Source: a virus. From it: DNA of 64,000 bases. The notes below the pieces were generated by a model, which did not search any database, was not told where the DNA came from, and worked only from the letters and a program-made list of their open reading frames with translations. Position numbers and translations under genes: made by a program. Within the stretch, counting starts at the first letter, position 1. Every line of letters begins with the position of its first letter. Below are positions 36,479-46,510 of the stretch, piece after piece. The stretch is taken from the IMG/VR virus record IMGVR_UViG_3300036780_000209, positions 32,001 to 96,000 of that record; one strand, 5' to 3'.

Positions 36479-36910
36479 TCAGTGAGAGTGCCCGTGCGAG
36501 TGCGGGTGACCATGTCCGTGAGAACGGCCGTGATCCATGCCGCCGCCGGCCCTGAACTTCTTGAAGGCATCCCCCTGGTCGGTCCTGATGACCTCGCCCT
36601 TGTCCTGGCCCGGCAGCTCCAGGATGTTCTGGGTGACCTCCCAGACCTGGCGGTCCGGGTCGAAGGAGCTGAGGCGGCCGGTCACGGTGACCTCGGGCAT
36701 CGCCGATCCGGCCTGAACGACGCCCCCGACGGCGTAGCTATGCCAGTTCACGTCCACCGCGAAGCCGATGTCCTCGAAGCGGCTCCGGATCTCGCGCTCG
36801 AAGGCCTCGTAGTTGTGCGCCTTCAGGCGAGCCCGGTCCTGCAGGACGGAGAGGATCTTCGTGATCTCATCGACCTCGGAGTCAAGTACTTCTAGTACGC
36901 TGTTACCCAT
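36479..36910 (-). CDS. hypothetical protein upstream of TerL, His-rich tail
   Basis: MGNSVLEVLDSE...HGHGHPHSHGHSH; native RBS displaced by HNH insertion. Confidence 0.7.
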   Translation of the reverse strand: MGNSVLEVLDSEVDEITKILSVLQDRARLKAHNYEAFEREIRSRFEDIGFAVDVNWHSYAVGGVVQAGSAMPEVTVTGRLSSFDPDRQVWEVTQNILELPGQDKGEVIRTDQGDAFKKFRAGGGMDHGRSHGHGHPHSHGHSH

Positions 36911-37442
36911 GAGCGATAGCACCTGCCTGGTTCCTGGTTGCCTGAGGCCAATAAAGACGTACGGCATGTGCAATGGGCATCATCAGCGATGGTGGCGCTG
37001 CGGAGGAAGACTTCCCGAAAAGCCCCAGACTAATGAGACATGGCTCACTATCCCCGGATACGAAGGATGTTATGAAGTCTCTGACTGGGGACGAATCTGG
37101 AGCATCCGACATTTGCGCATGCTTATCCAGACGGAGACCTCTGGCGGTTACCTTCAGGTGACCTTGTGCAGGAACAAGACTCGGCAACAGACAGCGGTTC
37201 ACCAACTTGTAGCGCTCACGTTCATCGGGCCAGTCCCGGCGGGGGAAGAAGTTTGCCACAGAGATGACATCCAGATTCACAACATCCCCAGCAACCTGGA
37301 GTATGGAACCCGGGCTTATAACGCCCAGCAATCGGCAGAGCGCAGAAGGCACAGAAACAGCCGAAAGGAAAAATGCCCAGCATGCGGCCGGGACTACAAG
37401 TCTGAGGGCAAGGACAAGCGGCGTTGCCGACATCATGACTGA
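36909..37442 (+). mobile_element. NUMOD4-HNH homing endonuclease gene, inverted relative to operon
   Basis: ETWLTIPGYEGCYEVSDWGRIWS, VHQLVALTFIG...VCHRDD...NIPSNLEYGT; flanked by CATGA repeats (36908-36912, 37434-37438). Confidence 0.9.
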
Positions 37443-37446
37443 CTCC

Positions 37447-38079
37447 TCACCCCTCACTCTCCTTCCCGGCCAGGACAGGCTGCTGGCCGGTGATGATCGT
37501 CCGCATCCTCGGCGAGGCATAGGCGTCCTCGACGAAACTGCGCCACTGGGGCGGGCTCAGGTAGCCCTGGACCAGCTCGACCAGTTCCATCAGGGCGGCC
37601 TGCCACACGGAGGCGTCGATGCTGTTCTGCTGGGCGGCCTTGTCGATCTGGAGCTGCAGGCTCATCGCCTTGAGCAGGTCCTTGGCAGTGACCTCGATCT
37701 CGCCGCTGGCCAGGCGGGCGTACCCGGCCTGGATCATCGCCTGGGCAGCGTCCGGGACCTTGACCAGGGACAGGTCCTCAGTCCCGTTCTTCCGGCTTTC
37801 GAGCTGCATCCGCATCTGGAGGTGCGGGGCGGCCAGGTGCTCGGTGTGGTCCCTGATGATCTCCGGGTGCGGGCAGGCCGGCCTGCGCCCCTTGAGGAGC
37901 TGGCGGATCGCGGCCGTCGAGTAGCCCTGGGAGAGCATGTCGTCGATCTGGATCAGCCACGGCGACCGGCAGCAGGCGCAGCCGGGGTCAAACGGCTTGT
38001 CGTATTCCCTGCCCCCGATGGAAACCGTCCGGACCTCGATGTCATTCATCGCCGTCGGCGTGATCCCCGTCCCCGACAT
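37447..38079 (-). CDS. Zn/HTH protein, candidate terminase small subunit
   Basis: CACCRSP...IDDMLSQGYSTAAI...HTEHL; position upstream of TerL. Confidence 0.45.
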   Translation of the reverse strand: MSGTGITPTAMNDIEVRTVSIGGREYDKPFDPGCACCRSPWLIQIDDMLSQGYSTAAIRQLLKGRRPACPHPEIIRDHTEHLAAPHLQMRMQLESRKNGTEDLSLVKVPDAAQAMIQAGYARLASGEIEVTAKDLLKAMSLQLQIDKAAQQNSIDASVWQAALMELVELVQGYLSPPQWRSFVEDAYASPRMRTIITGQQPVLAGKESEG

Positions 38080-38377
38080 AACTATCCAGGCCGTTCTGCA
38101 CCCGCTTAGACGGATAGAATCCGTCCCGGCTGTTCAGGTGCGGGTAGCGCCGGTTCCAGGAGCGCCGGTACATTCCCTTGCGCACCGCCGGGTCGGCGAA
38201 TCCGGTGGAGGTGTACACCTCCTTGGAAATCCGGTCCTCGTATTTCCACTCCGTCAGGATGTCGGACTTGGCACTGCGGCTCGTGACCCCTGCCAGGGAT
38301 TCCCTCAGCAGGCGGTCAGCCTCATCCTCCAGCGCCCTGCTGACTCCGTTCCGGAGCCTCATCTGCGTCATTCTCAT
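38042..38377 (-). CDS. hypothetical protein
   Basis: ORF track, internal ATG. Confidence 0.55.
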   Translation of the reverse strand: MRMTQMRLRNGVSRALEDEADRLLRESLAGVTSRSAKSDILTEWKYEDRISKEVYTSTGFADPAVRKGMYRRSWNRRYPHLNSRDGFYPSKRVQNGLDSYVGDGDHADGDE

Positions 38378-38699
38378 CAGCTCCAGCACGATTGATCTCG
38401 TCATACAAGAGGCAGAGCCTCTTGAGCCCCTGAGTGGCGTAGATGGCCACCGGGTTGACCGGGGAGACGCCCATGAGCCGGGCGACATCCCTTTCCCGCA
38501 TGTCGTCGTAGAGGAACATCTCGATAGCCTCGGCCTGCCGGGCCGAAAGCTCAGTGCGGCGGTGGTAAAGGGCCTGGATGTCCCACAGGCAGTATTCCTC
38601 GCCGTCTGGCCCCGGGAGGGTATCGACGCCCTCGGTCTCGAACAGCGCCTCGAAAAGCTGCAGGTACCGGAAAAGCTCTCTCAGGGTCCGGTGGTCCAA
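38322..38699 (-). CDS. sigma70 region-4-like HTH protein
   Basis: LSARQAEAIEMFLYDDMRERDVARLMGVS...YATQGLKRL. Confidence 0.7.
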   Translation of the reverse strand: MDHRTLRELFRYLQLFEALFETEGVDTLPGPDGEEYCLWDIQALYHRRTELSARQAEAIEMFLYDDMRERDVARLMGVSPVNPVAIYATQGLKRLCLLYDEINRAGADENDADEAPERSQQGAGG

Positions 38700-38873
38700 C
38701 GTCCTTGATGCTCCCTAAGCCCAGAAGTTAAGAACTGCCCTATCTGAGCCAGATGTTAACCGATGAAAAGGCCACGTGTCATCACCGGCTAAAGAAGCAG
38801 CGTTTTTCCTGCAAGGAGAATTGATAAAGCCCGGCCGCTGATTAGCAACCGGGCTTGTATCTTTACGAGAAAA

Positions 38874-39578
38874 TCAGGTCTTGGTGACCTGCATCAGGAT
38901 CTGTTCCAGGCGCGTCATGGCGCGGACCAGGGCATCTGCACGCCGCGAGAGAATCGACTTGAATACGCCGAAATATCTCTCATCGAGAGAATGAGTCACG
39001 CCGGCCTGGGCCTTGTCGTCCACCGTGGACTTGCCCGGGACGTTCTGGAAGCCGTCGGCGAAGCGCTCCTCCCAGGCCACTTTCGCGAGCATCGCCTCGC
39101 CCCACAGCCCGGCTGCCACCTGCTCCCACTCGAACAGGCGGCCCGTGATCTCCTGGAGGTACTGCAGCCGCTCCCGGTCCGAGATCCTCAGCCAGTTCTC
39201 CACCGGGCTCCCGTTATCGTGCACCTTCCAGGTGGGGCGGCCGTCGGGACCGGTCTTCATCGTCCCGTCCGGGCTGATCTCCGGCTCGCGCACCAGGAGG
39301 TACAGCCGGTCCATGAGCGCGAACGCGCCCCCGAACTGGGACCTCATCACCTTCTCGGCCTGGACCTTGATCTCCTCGATCACGATCCGGTCCTCGCCGC
39401 GCCAGGAAGTGCGCATACGGGAGAAGTTCGGGGTGCGGAAGTTGCGCCTGCGGTCATCCGGCAGGTCAGGCTCCACGGGCTCGCTGCCCCCCGGACTCAG
39501 CGGCCTCTCGCTGTCAGCGAGCACCCGGTTGATCTGCTGCCTGCTCTTCTCGTCCATCCTGGCTCCTCTTGAGGTCAT
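38874..39578 (-). CDS. hypothetical protein
   Basis: ORF track; helical. Confidence 0.7.
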   Translation of the reverse strand: MTSRGARMDEKSRQQINRVLADSERPLSPGGSEPVEPDLPDDRRRNFRTPNFSRMRTSWRGEDRIVIEEIKVQAEKVMRSQFGGAFALMDRLYLLVREPEISPDGTMKTGPDGRPTWKVHDNGSPVENWLRISDRERLQYLQEITGRLFEWEQVAAGLWGEAMLAKVAWEERFADGFQNVPGKSTVDDKAQAGVTHSLDERYFGVFKSILSRRADALVRAMTRLEQILMQVTKT

Positions 39579-40173
39579 GCAGGAACGTCAGCGCCAGAGC
39601 CGCCGCGTCCCTCTCGTGCTCATTCCAGTTGCGCCCGGAGGATTCAGGTATATACCTGGCCACCGACAGCGCGATGTCCTTCTTGGCCCTGGCCGTCGGC
39701 GGCCTGCGCCCTCCGCAGAGCACGGCATAGGCATGCTGGGCAGACACCGGGCGGAAATGCTCTCCGGCATGCATGTAGACGAAAGTGCTCGCGATCAGCG
39801 CCGACTCGGTCCGGTGCCCACCGCTGCCCACCCAGGGGGTCTCGCAGACGATCCAGGCACACGCCTCCACCGCGCTGCGGATGGTCGTCCCCAGCTCGTC
39901 GTTCAGCAACCGGGCCTTGTCCCAGGTCGCCATGAACCCGGTGTGACCGGTGGACGGCCGGATCGTGCGCTTGTCCCAGACGTTCACCAGCGGGCCGCCG
40001 GCGTAATTCGCTCCCATGACCTCCAGCCGTACCCAGCCGCAGTTCGTCAGTGTCGGGTCGAATGCCAGGACATACTCCCCGGTCGCGAAATCGGAAATGA
40101 GAGGCGGCCGGAAAACATCGCCTTTCGGCTTTCCGGCGGAGAGCTTTTCCCGGAACCTGTCGATATCATTCAC
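39514..40173 (-). CDS. ruvC: RuvC-like Holliday junction resolvase
   Basis: VLAFDPTLTNCGW, IVCETP, AKKDI, HERDAAALA. Confidence 0.8.
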   Translation of the reverse strand: MNDIDRFREKLSAGKPKGDVFRPPLISDFATGEYVLAFDPTLTNCGWVRLEVMGANYAGGPLVNVWDKRTIRPSTGHTGFMATWDKARLLNDELGTTIRSAVEACAWIVCETPWVGSGGHRTESALIASTFVYMHAGEHFRPVSAQHAYAVLCGGRRPPTARAKKDIALSVARYIPESSGRNWNEHERDAAALALTFLHDLKRSQDGREEQAADQPGAR

Positions 40174-40931
40174 GCGATGATCTCCTGACCGTTCTCGACA
40201 GCCGCGAGCACCCTCTTGTACTTGGTCTCCACGGCCACGGCCAGGGCCGGGTCGAATTCCAGGTGGTATTCCCGCATCTCCCAGGGATTGCCCATGGCAA
40301 TGAAGAACACGATGAACTTCCGCAGCCCGGTGATCCGCATGTACTCCTGGGCCTGGGCGAAGTAATACGGCCACTTCCCGATGAAGAACTCCGCGTCCAT
40401 GTCCGGGGCCTTGGACAGGCTCATCGGCCGGATTGTCTTAAGGTCCCAGCCCCGGGTTCCCTCCAGGTTCAGGATGCCGTCCAGGTGCCCCCTGGAGCGC
40501 GTTACGGGGTCAATCCCGCCGTGCTCCCAGCAGTAGCCCGCCACGCCCCTCCGGACCCTCCTGGAGGCCCTGGGGAGCTTGCAGGCGGGGCACGGCTCCG
40601 CCGGGAGCGGGACGGTCACGCCGAGCTGGTCCATGGCCTCCTGGACGACCGAGTGGACCATGGTGCCGAACATCGTGGACATGATGCCGACGTAGCCCCA
40701 GTCCCGCTGCTCGACCTGGCGGCCGGTCATGTAGAGGTAGAGTTCCCGGTCGCTCATCAGCGGGTGCGTGCTGGCATGGAACCACCCGTCCGGCTGGCGG
40801 GCGGCCGACCGCGTCACCCGCAGGTCGTAGCTGAACTCGATGGACTCGTCCTGGAAGAACCTCAGCAGCAGGGGCTTGACCAGGCACCCGTCGGCGGCGA
40901 CTTTCGCCATCGCGCTCAGCCTGGTGGGCAT
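40170..40931 (-). CDS. Cas4/RecB-like PD-(D/E)XK exonuclease
   Basis: FHAS, FGTMVH, GHLDG...WDLKT, QAQEYM. Confidence 0.8.
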   Translation of the reverse strand: MPTRLSAMAKVAADGCLVKPLLLRFFQDESIEFSYDLRVTRSAARQPDGWFHASTHPLMSDRELYLYMTGRQVEQRDWGYVGIMSTMFGTMVHSVVQEAMDQLGVTVPLPAEPCPACKLPRASRRVRRGVAGYCWEHGGIDPVTRSRGHLDGILNLEGTRGWDLKTIRPMSLSKAPDMDAEFFIGKWPYYFAQAQEYMRITGLRKFIVFFIAMGNPWEMREYHLEFDPALAVAVETKYKRVLAAVENGQEIIA

Positions 40932-41118
40932 TCCCTCAGCCATTCCAGGGTGAACCTGATCCCGGTACCATCCGGTGCGACCTCGGCAGCCGTCACCCTC
41001 CCCGGGTCCTCTGCCTTCCCGAAGCGGATCACTGCCTCCTTGCCGACAACTGAGTCGAACGCACCGGGAGCGTAAGCGGTCCCCGGCGGAGCCGGGTACC
41101 AGAAGATGATCTTCGTCG

Positions 41119-41997
41119 TCACGCCTGGCCGACCCGGGTATCGAGATTCCCGTCGATCCACAGGTCGCCGTGGCGCACGATCTTCTCGTTCACGAACAGG
41201 CGCTTGCCCTGCCCGTACGGCTCGACCCGCACGGAATCAACCTCGAAGAACGTGACGTGGCCGTCCGCCTGGTAGTACGTGCCGGCCTTCCTGTCCCCGG
41301 TCACGAAGACCGCCGTCCAGGGGAGCTGAGGGATCAGCGGCGACAGGTTGCGCTGCGGCGGGGAGACCGGGGCGGGCATGTACGGGCTTACATGCGAGGC
41401 CGGCTGCGCCGCCAGGCGTTCCTCGGCCGCGACAGCTCGCTCCTCGGCGTCCCTGGCCCGGGCGGCCTCCCCGGTCAGCTCGGCTTCCAGGCGGGCCACG
41501 TCATGCCTGAGCTGGCGGATGGCGTCGTCCTGCTCCAGGTTCTCGCCGATCAGCGTGACCCCGTCGGCGGAGACCTTGCTCAGTGCCTCCCGCAGCTCGG
41601 TGACCTGCTCATCAGTGAGCTGGGCATCAGGGGCGCTGATGATCCGGGCAGGATAGCGGGAAACGTCGATCAGCTCCGCCTCGTCGTCGAGCAGCACCAG
41701 GACCCAGTCCCGGTAGGTTCGCAGCGAGTCGTCCTCGTACCAGCGCAGCGGCATCATCGGCCGCTCGCCGGCGGCCTGCTCGGCGAGCTTGTCGAGCATC
41801 TCGGTGGTGATCGTGTGGCTCTTGGCCCGGGTGGACTTGCAGTCCCAGGCAAAGGCGAACGGCTGCTCGGTATGGTCCTGGCGGCCGTCAGCCTGGTCAG
41901 TCCACTGGCTGCCCGAGGCCTTGGTGCGCCGGCCTCCCAGCAGGGCGACGACGTGGCTCTCGTGCTTCTCCGCCATCTTCATGCGGTCGATGGTCAT
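41119..41997 (-). CDS. Hjc-like PD-(D/E)XK nuclease with coiled-coil extension
   Basis: HESHVVALLGGRRTKASGS...ADG...WDCKST. Confidence 0.7.
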   Translation of the reverse strand: MTIDRMKMAEKHESHVVALLGGRRTKASGSQWTDQADGRQDHTEQPFAFAWDCKSTRAKSHTITTEMLDKLAEQAAGERPMMPLRWYEDDSLRTYRDWVLVLLDDEAELIDVSRYPARIISAPDAQLTDEQVTELREALSKVSADGVTLIGENLEQDDAIRQLRHDVARLEAELTGEAARARDAEERAVAAEERLAAQPASHVSPYMPAPVSPPQRNLSPLIPQLPWTAVFVTGDRKAGTYYQADGHVTFFEVDSVRVEPYGQGKRLFVNEKIVRHGDLWIDGNLDTRVGQA

Positions 41998-43049
41998 GCT
42001 GATGCTCCCTCGAAGATCTTCTGCCGGACGTTTTCCAGCAGCTCGGGCCGCTCTGCCAGGAGGGAAACCATGGCCTCCCGGCCGTTGACCCTGTCCGCTC
42101 CCGGAACCGTGTAGTAAGAGCCAGCGCGCTCGATCGCCCCGCTGCGGACCCCGATTGTGGCATACTCGTCCGCCACGTTGATCCCGGCCTCGCCCCACTT
42201 CTCGGTGTCCCGGTTACTGACCCAGAACTCGGCGACAGCGCCGGGAGCAGCTACCTTGGAGCGCTCCACGTGAGCCTTGAAGCAGACCGAGACGATCTCC
42301 TCGGTGCCGTCGAATTTCAGCTTCTTCGGCTCCCTGCCGTCCCCGCCCATCCGGGCCATCCGGACCTTCGTCGTGGTGGCGTGCTGCATGGCCTTCGGGC
42401 CGGCCGACACGTCCGAAAGGGCCATCGAGCTGATCACGACGCGGAGCTGGTTGATCAGCAGCACCGTGGTGGAGGTCTGGCTGGCCAGGCTGGCCACGTG
42501 CTTGACCATGCGGGTGATGACCTGGGCATTCTTGCCGACCATCTCCTTGTCAGCATCGCGGATCTCGTCTTCCTTGCCCTTGCCGCCGTAAAGCGCCTTG
42601 GCGCTCTCCATGCCGCCGATCGAGTCCACCGTGGCCATCGAGTAGAATCCCGACCGGACGCACTCGCGGAGCATGTCACTGGCCTCCTCGGAGGTCTCGG
42701 GCCGCAGGTGCACCCAGTGGTCCGGGTCCGTCAGCAGGCCCATCTTCCAGGCCCAGTCATAGCTCCAGGTCTTCTCCATGTCCACGAAGGCAACGGCCAG
42801 GCCCGGGTAGGCGAGCTGCTGCTGCACCATCGAGTAGATGGCGATCAGCGTCTTGGCCGAGTCCGGTGCCCCGACCAGCTCGTGGATGCCGCCGCGCTTC
42901 CAGCCCCCGACCCGCAGCGCGTAGTCGAGGGTGAGCGACCCGGTGGACACCACCTCGATCTTCTGCTGCGGAGCCTGGACCATCCGGTCCCCGTAGGCGG
43001 TGCCGAGCTTGTCGCGGAACTGGCTCAGGTTCGTCATCTTCGGTGGCAT
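41994..43049 (-). CDS. recA: RecA/UvsX-like recombinase
   Basis: VSTGSLTLDYALRVGG, Walker A GAPDSAKT, FVDME, VDSIG, LINQLR. Confidence 0.92.
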   Translation of the reverse strand: MPPKMTNLSQFRDKLGTAYGDRMVQAPQQKIEVVSTGSLTLDYALRVGGWKRGGIHELVGAPDSAKTLIAIYSMVQQQLAYPGLAVAFVDMEKTWSYDWAWKMGLLTDPDHWVHLRPETSEEASDMLRECVRSGFYSMATVDSIGGMESAKALYGGKGKEDEIRDADKEMVGKNAQVITRMVKHVASLASQTSTTVLLINQLRVVISSMALSDVSAGPKAMQHATTTKVRMARMGGDGREPKKLKFDGTEEIVSVCFKAHVERSKVAAPGAVAEFWVSNRDTEKWGEAGINVADEYATIGVRSGAIERAGSYYTVPGADRVNGREAMVSLLAERPELLENVRQKIFEGASA

Positions 43050-46000
43050 TTACCCTCCCATCAGCAGGATGTCATCAAGCCGCCACGAGGTGCGGGCGGT
43101 GCCGTCCTGGAAGTAGCGGCTCTTCCGGACGGTGGCCAGAACCAGGGAACCGGGGCGCAGGAAGCGCACGGCCGTGGTCAGGTCAGGCTCATCATCACGC
43201 CTCGGCTGGAAGACCGCCACGTCCAGCGAGGACACCTCGCTCACCAGGCTGAGCCAGTACATGGTGCCTCCCTTGCGGGTCCGGGCCGCGTGAGCGCCGC
43301 CCGCTACCGCGAGCATCGGGTACGAGCCAGGCTGAGCGCCGGGCAGCATCAGGGCAATGTCCCGGGCCTGCGCCCGGGTGCCGGCCCCGAACCTCTCCAT
43401 CAGGCCGAACACCGAGTCCGACATCCAGCACCCGAAGATCTCGGAATCCAGCCGGAACAGGTCCTGCGGGGAGTACTCCGGGATCATGGACAGGTCCGTC
43501 ACGCCGGGAGGCGTGTAATGCCTGCAGGCCCGGGTGCAGCGCCTGGGCAGCGGCTTGGGCTTGGATTTCAGCTCCCTGCCGGTCTTCTCGCTGATCCGGA
43601 TCGGCACCGGCTCGGTGCTCCAGTTGAAGTGGCACGGCAGCCCCCCGGGGCCGCTGAACCCGTCTTCCTTGTGAACGCACTTCGTGGACTCCCCGGTCCG
43701 GTCTGCCTCCAGGGCCTGCACGACCCCCCTGCGGCTGATCACCAGGGCATCGAGCGCCCCGGACCGGGCCAGGGCATAGAGGACGCCACTGTCCACCTTC
43801 GAGCGCGTGATGAAGTCATCGTAGGAGCTGTACGGCTGCCCGGCCTGGATATCCCGGAGGGCAGCCGGGCCGATGCCCTTGATCGAGGAGAGGCCATAGC
43901 GGACGCCCAGGCCCTCCGGGAGGAAGCTCCCCCCGCAGAACCGCGCATCCGGCGGCAGGATGGTCAGTCCCATCCGGCGGGCGTCAGTCGCATATTCCGG
44001 CATGCGGTCCTTGTCCTTGAGCGTGGAAAGGATCGCGGTGAATGTCTCCACCGGGTAGTGGGCTTTCAGCCATGCAGTCTGGAATGCCAGCACCGCGTAA
44101 CTAACGGAATGGCTCTTGTTGAATCCGTACCTGGCGTACTCCGCCATCTTGTCCCAGATTTCCTGGGCCTTTTCCTGATCAACTCCGTTACTGATGCAAC
44201 GCGAGACGAATTTCTCTCCGGCCGGGCCTATCTTCTCGACCTTCTTCTTCCCGAGAATCTGCCGTACCTCGTCAGCCTCAGCCGAGTCGTAACCTGCCAG
44301 GAGACGGCAGGCTGCCATTACGTCTTCCTGGAACAGCATGATCCCGAAGCGGCTCGAAAGCGTTTCCTCCAGTCGCTCGTGAAGGAAATCGACTTCCTCT
44401 GTCCCGGCCCGGCGGCGGTAATACGACTCCGCCATCCCGGAATTTCGCGGGCCGGGCCGGACGAGAGCCACCAGGTCGGCCAGGTCGGCAATCGAGCGGG
44501 GGCGCATCCGGCGGCAGCCCTGCTGGCCGAGGCTCGTCTCCACCTGGAACATGCCGAGGGTGTGGCCCGACCCGACCTCATCCCAGACCAGCGGGTCGTC
44601 ATACTCGCCGTCCCAGGCGGACACGTCGATCTCCGCGCCGGTTCGCTCGCGGATCAGGTTAACCGCCATCTGCACCGAGTCGAGGGTGCGGATCGTCAGG
44701 AAGTCGAGCTTGAGCATCCCCAGGATGTCGAGGGTCCGGTAGCCCCACTGGCTGATCAGGATGCCCCCCTCCCCGGCCCTCATGGGGAGCTGGCCCTCCA
44801 GGGGGCGGCTCGTGCTGATCACCAGGCCCGCCGGGTGCTTGCCGTAGCTGTTGAGGCGTCCCACGAGCTGCGAGGCATACCCGAAGATGCCGGGGTACTT
44901 GGCGACGTAGGGAGCCAGCAGCTCTTCCTGCTGCTCCATCAGCTCGTCCCAGGGCATGCCCAGGCCGGCCGTGTGGCTCTCCGCCTCGTCGATGATCGAG
45001 GCAATCTGGCGCGAGTCGTCGAACCATTCCTGCGGCAGCTTGTCCCCCATGATCGAGAAGAGCTTGTTCAGCACCCCCTTGCTTCGGTACCGCAGGTGGG
45101 TGCCCACCCGGACCACCTTGTCGGCCCCGTACTTGCCGATCACGTAGTCCTGGATCATGTCCCGCGCCGAGCTGGGGAAGTCCATGTCGAAGTCAGGAAG
45201 CGACGTGCGGCCGGGGGTGACGAAGCGCTCGAACATCAGCCCGTGCTGAACGGGATCCACCGAGGTGATGCGCAGCAGGTAGGCCATCAGGCTGCCCGCA
45301 GCCGAGCCCCGGAACCCCACCAGGATGCCCTGGCTGCGAGCCCACTGGCACACGTCATTGACGATCAGGTAGCACCCGGCAAGCTGCTTCTCGGCGACCA
45401 GCTTCCACTCGCTCTCCAGCCGGTCCAGGTACACGCGGGCCGGAGCGCTCTTCATCGGGCGGGCGGCCCAGGCCTCCATGCACAGGTCGAGCAGCATGGA
45501 GGCGTCCTGGCGGGCTGAGCTGGTGAAGACGGGCGGGTCGGCGTGGCCGCCGATCCGGGCATTGCACATCTCGGCGATCTCGGCGGCGTTCCTGACGGAC
45601 CGGTCCGCGACCTCCGGGCCGAGGTAAGCCAGTGCCTGGCGCGTCTCCTGCTCGGTGTGCATGTGGACGTAATGCCAGAAGTCATCGTTGGCCGGGCTCG
45701 TCTGGCAGGCCATCCAGAGGCGGTGGGTATCGGTCTTGTCGGCCGTGGTGAAGTGCGAGTCCGCCGCCGCGACCAGGGGGATGCCCATGCCGTCGCTGAT
45801 CGAGGCAAGCATCTTGTTCAGCTTGACCTGCTCGGGCAGCGCATTGGTCTGCAGCTCCAGGTAGAAGCGGTCGCCGAGGATCTCGCGGAGCCGGGTGATG
45901 CGCTGGAAGGCCCCCTCGAAATTGCTGCTGAGGAGCTGGCGGGAGACCAGGCCGCCGAGGCAGCCGCTGGTGACGATCAGGCGGCTGCCATAGCGCTCCA

Positions 46001-46388
46001 GCAGCTCGTAATCGAGCCGGGGCTTGTGGTAGAAGCCGCTGACCGACGCCTCGGTGGAGGCCGCCCACAGGTCGTGCAGCCCCTGGTCATCCATGGCCAG
46101 CATGACCAGGTGCCGGTTATCCCGCAGTGCCTGCTGGGCGGTCTTGTCCGCCGGAGCGGGCCGCAGCGTCCGGTCAGGGACGAAATAGCCCTCCATCCCG
46201 AAGACCGGCTTTATCCCGGCCTTGTCGCACTCCTGCTGATGCTCCGGGTGGCCCGCGCAATTGCCGTGGTCAGTGATCGCCACAGCCGGGTTCCCGTCGG
46301 CAGCAGCCTGGGCCACCACTTCGGCAACGGTGGACAAACCATCCAAAGCACTATATTCGGTGTGCGTATGAAGATGAGCGAATGCCAT
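43050..46388 (-). CDS. dnaE: DNA polymerase III alpha subunit
   Basis: HLHTHTEYSALDG PHP domain, RGSAAGSL, SLPDFDMDF, GKHPAG, KLDFL, YGFNKSHS. Confidence 0.97.
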   Translation of the reverse strand: MAFAHLHTHTEYSALDGLSTVAEVVAQAAADGNPAVAITDHGNCAGHPEHQQECDKAGIKPVFGMEGYFVPDRTLRPAPADKTAQQALRDNRHLVMLAMDDQGLHDLWAASTEASVSGFYHKPRLDYELLERYGSRLIVTSGCLGGLVSRQLLSSNFEGAFQRITRLREILGDRFYLELQTNALPEQVKLNKMLASISDGMGIPLVAAADSHFTTADKTDTHRLWMACQTSPANDDFWHYVHMHTEQETRQALAYLGPEVADRSVRNAAEIAEMCNARIGGHADPPVFTSSARQDASMLLDLCMEAWAARPMKSAPARVYLDRLESEWKLVAEKQLAGCYLIVNDVCQWARSQGILVGFRGSAAGSLMAYLLRITSVDPVQHGLMFERFVTPGRTSLPDFDMDFPSSARDMIQDYVIGKYGADKVVRVGTHLRYRSKGVLNKLFSIMGDKLPQEWFDDSRQIASIIDEAESHTAGLGMPWDELMEQQEELLAPYVAKYPGIFGYASQLVGRLNSYGKHPAGLVISTSRPLEGQLPMRAGEGGILISQWGYRTLDILGMLKLDFLTIRTLDSVQMAVNLIRERTGAEIDVSAWDGEYDDPLVWDEVGSGHTLGMFQVETSLGQQGCRRMRPRSIADLADLVALVRPGPRNSGMAESYYRRRAGTEEVDFLHERLEETLSSRFGIMLFQEDVMAACRLLAGYDSAEADEVRQILGKKKVEKIGPAGEKFVSRCISNGVDQEKAQEIWDKMAEYARYGFNKSHSVSYAVLAFQTAWLKAHYPVETFTAILSTLKDKDRMPEYATDARRMGLTILPPDARFCGGSFLPEGLGVRYGLSSIKGIGPAALRDIQAGQPYSSYDDFITRSKVDSGVLYALARSGALDALVISRRGVVQALEADRTGESTKCVHKEDGFSGPGGLPCHFNWSTEPVPIRISEKTGRELKSKPKPLPRRCTRACRHYTPPGVTDLSMIPEYSPQDLFRLDSEIFGCWMSDSVFGLMERFGAGTRAQARDIALMLPGAQPGSYPMLAVAGGAHAARTRKGGTMYWLSLVSEVSSLDVAVFQPRRDDEPDLTTAVRFLRPGSLVLATVRKSRYFQDGTARTSWRLDDILLMGG

Positions 46389-46510
46389 CTGCTCCTCCAG
46401 GAGGAAGTACCGGGCCGCGCCACGGGCACGAGTCAGGCCGGGGGCATCGCCCCCCAGCTACGCCGCGCCGGCCGGGGAGACCCGTGCGCCGATGGCGCGG
46501 CCCGGAGCTT

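Noticed and set aside
40170-40931. Cas4-like gene as evidence of a CRISPR system
   Set aside because: Solo nuclease within a recombination operon, common in phages.
42270-45518. 1082-aa plus-strand ORF and similar long antisense ORFs (34456..36555, 27926..29632, 21343..23118, 62309..63508)
   Set aside because: In-register shadows of real genes, expected at high GC3; no recognisable motifs.
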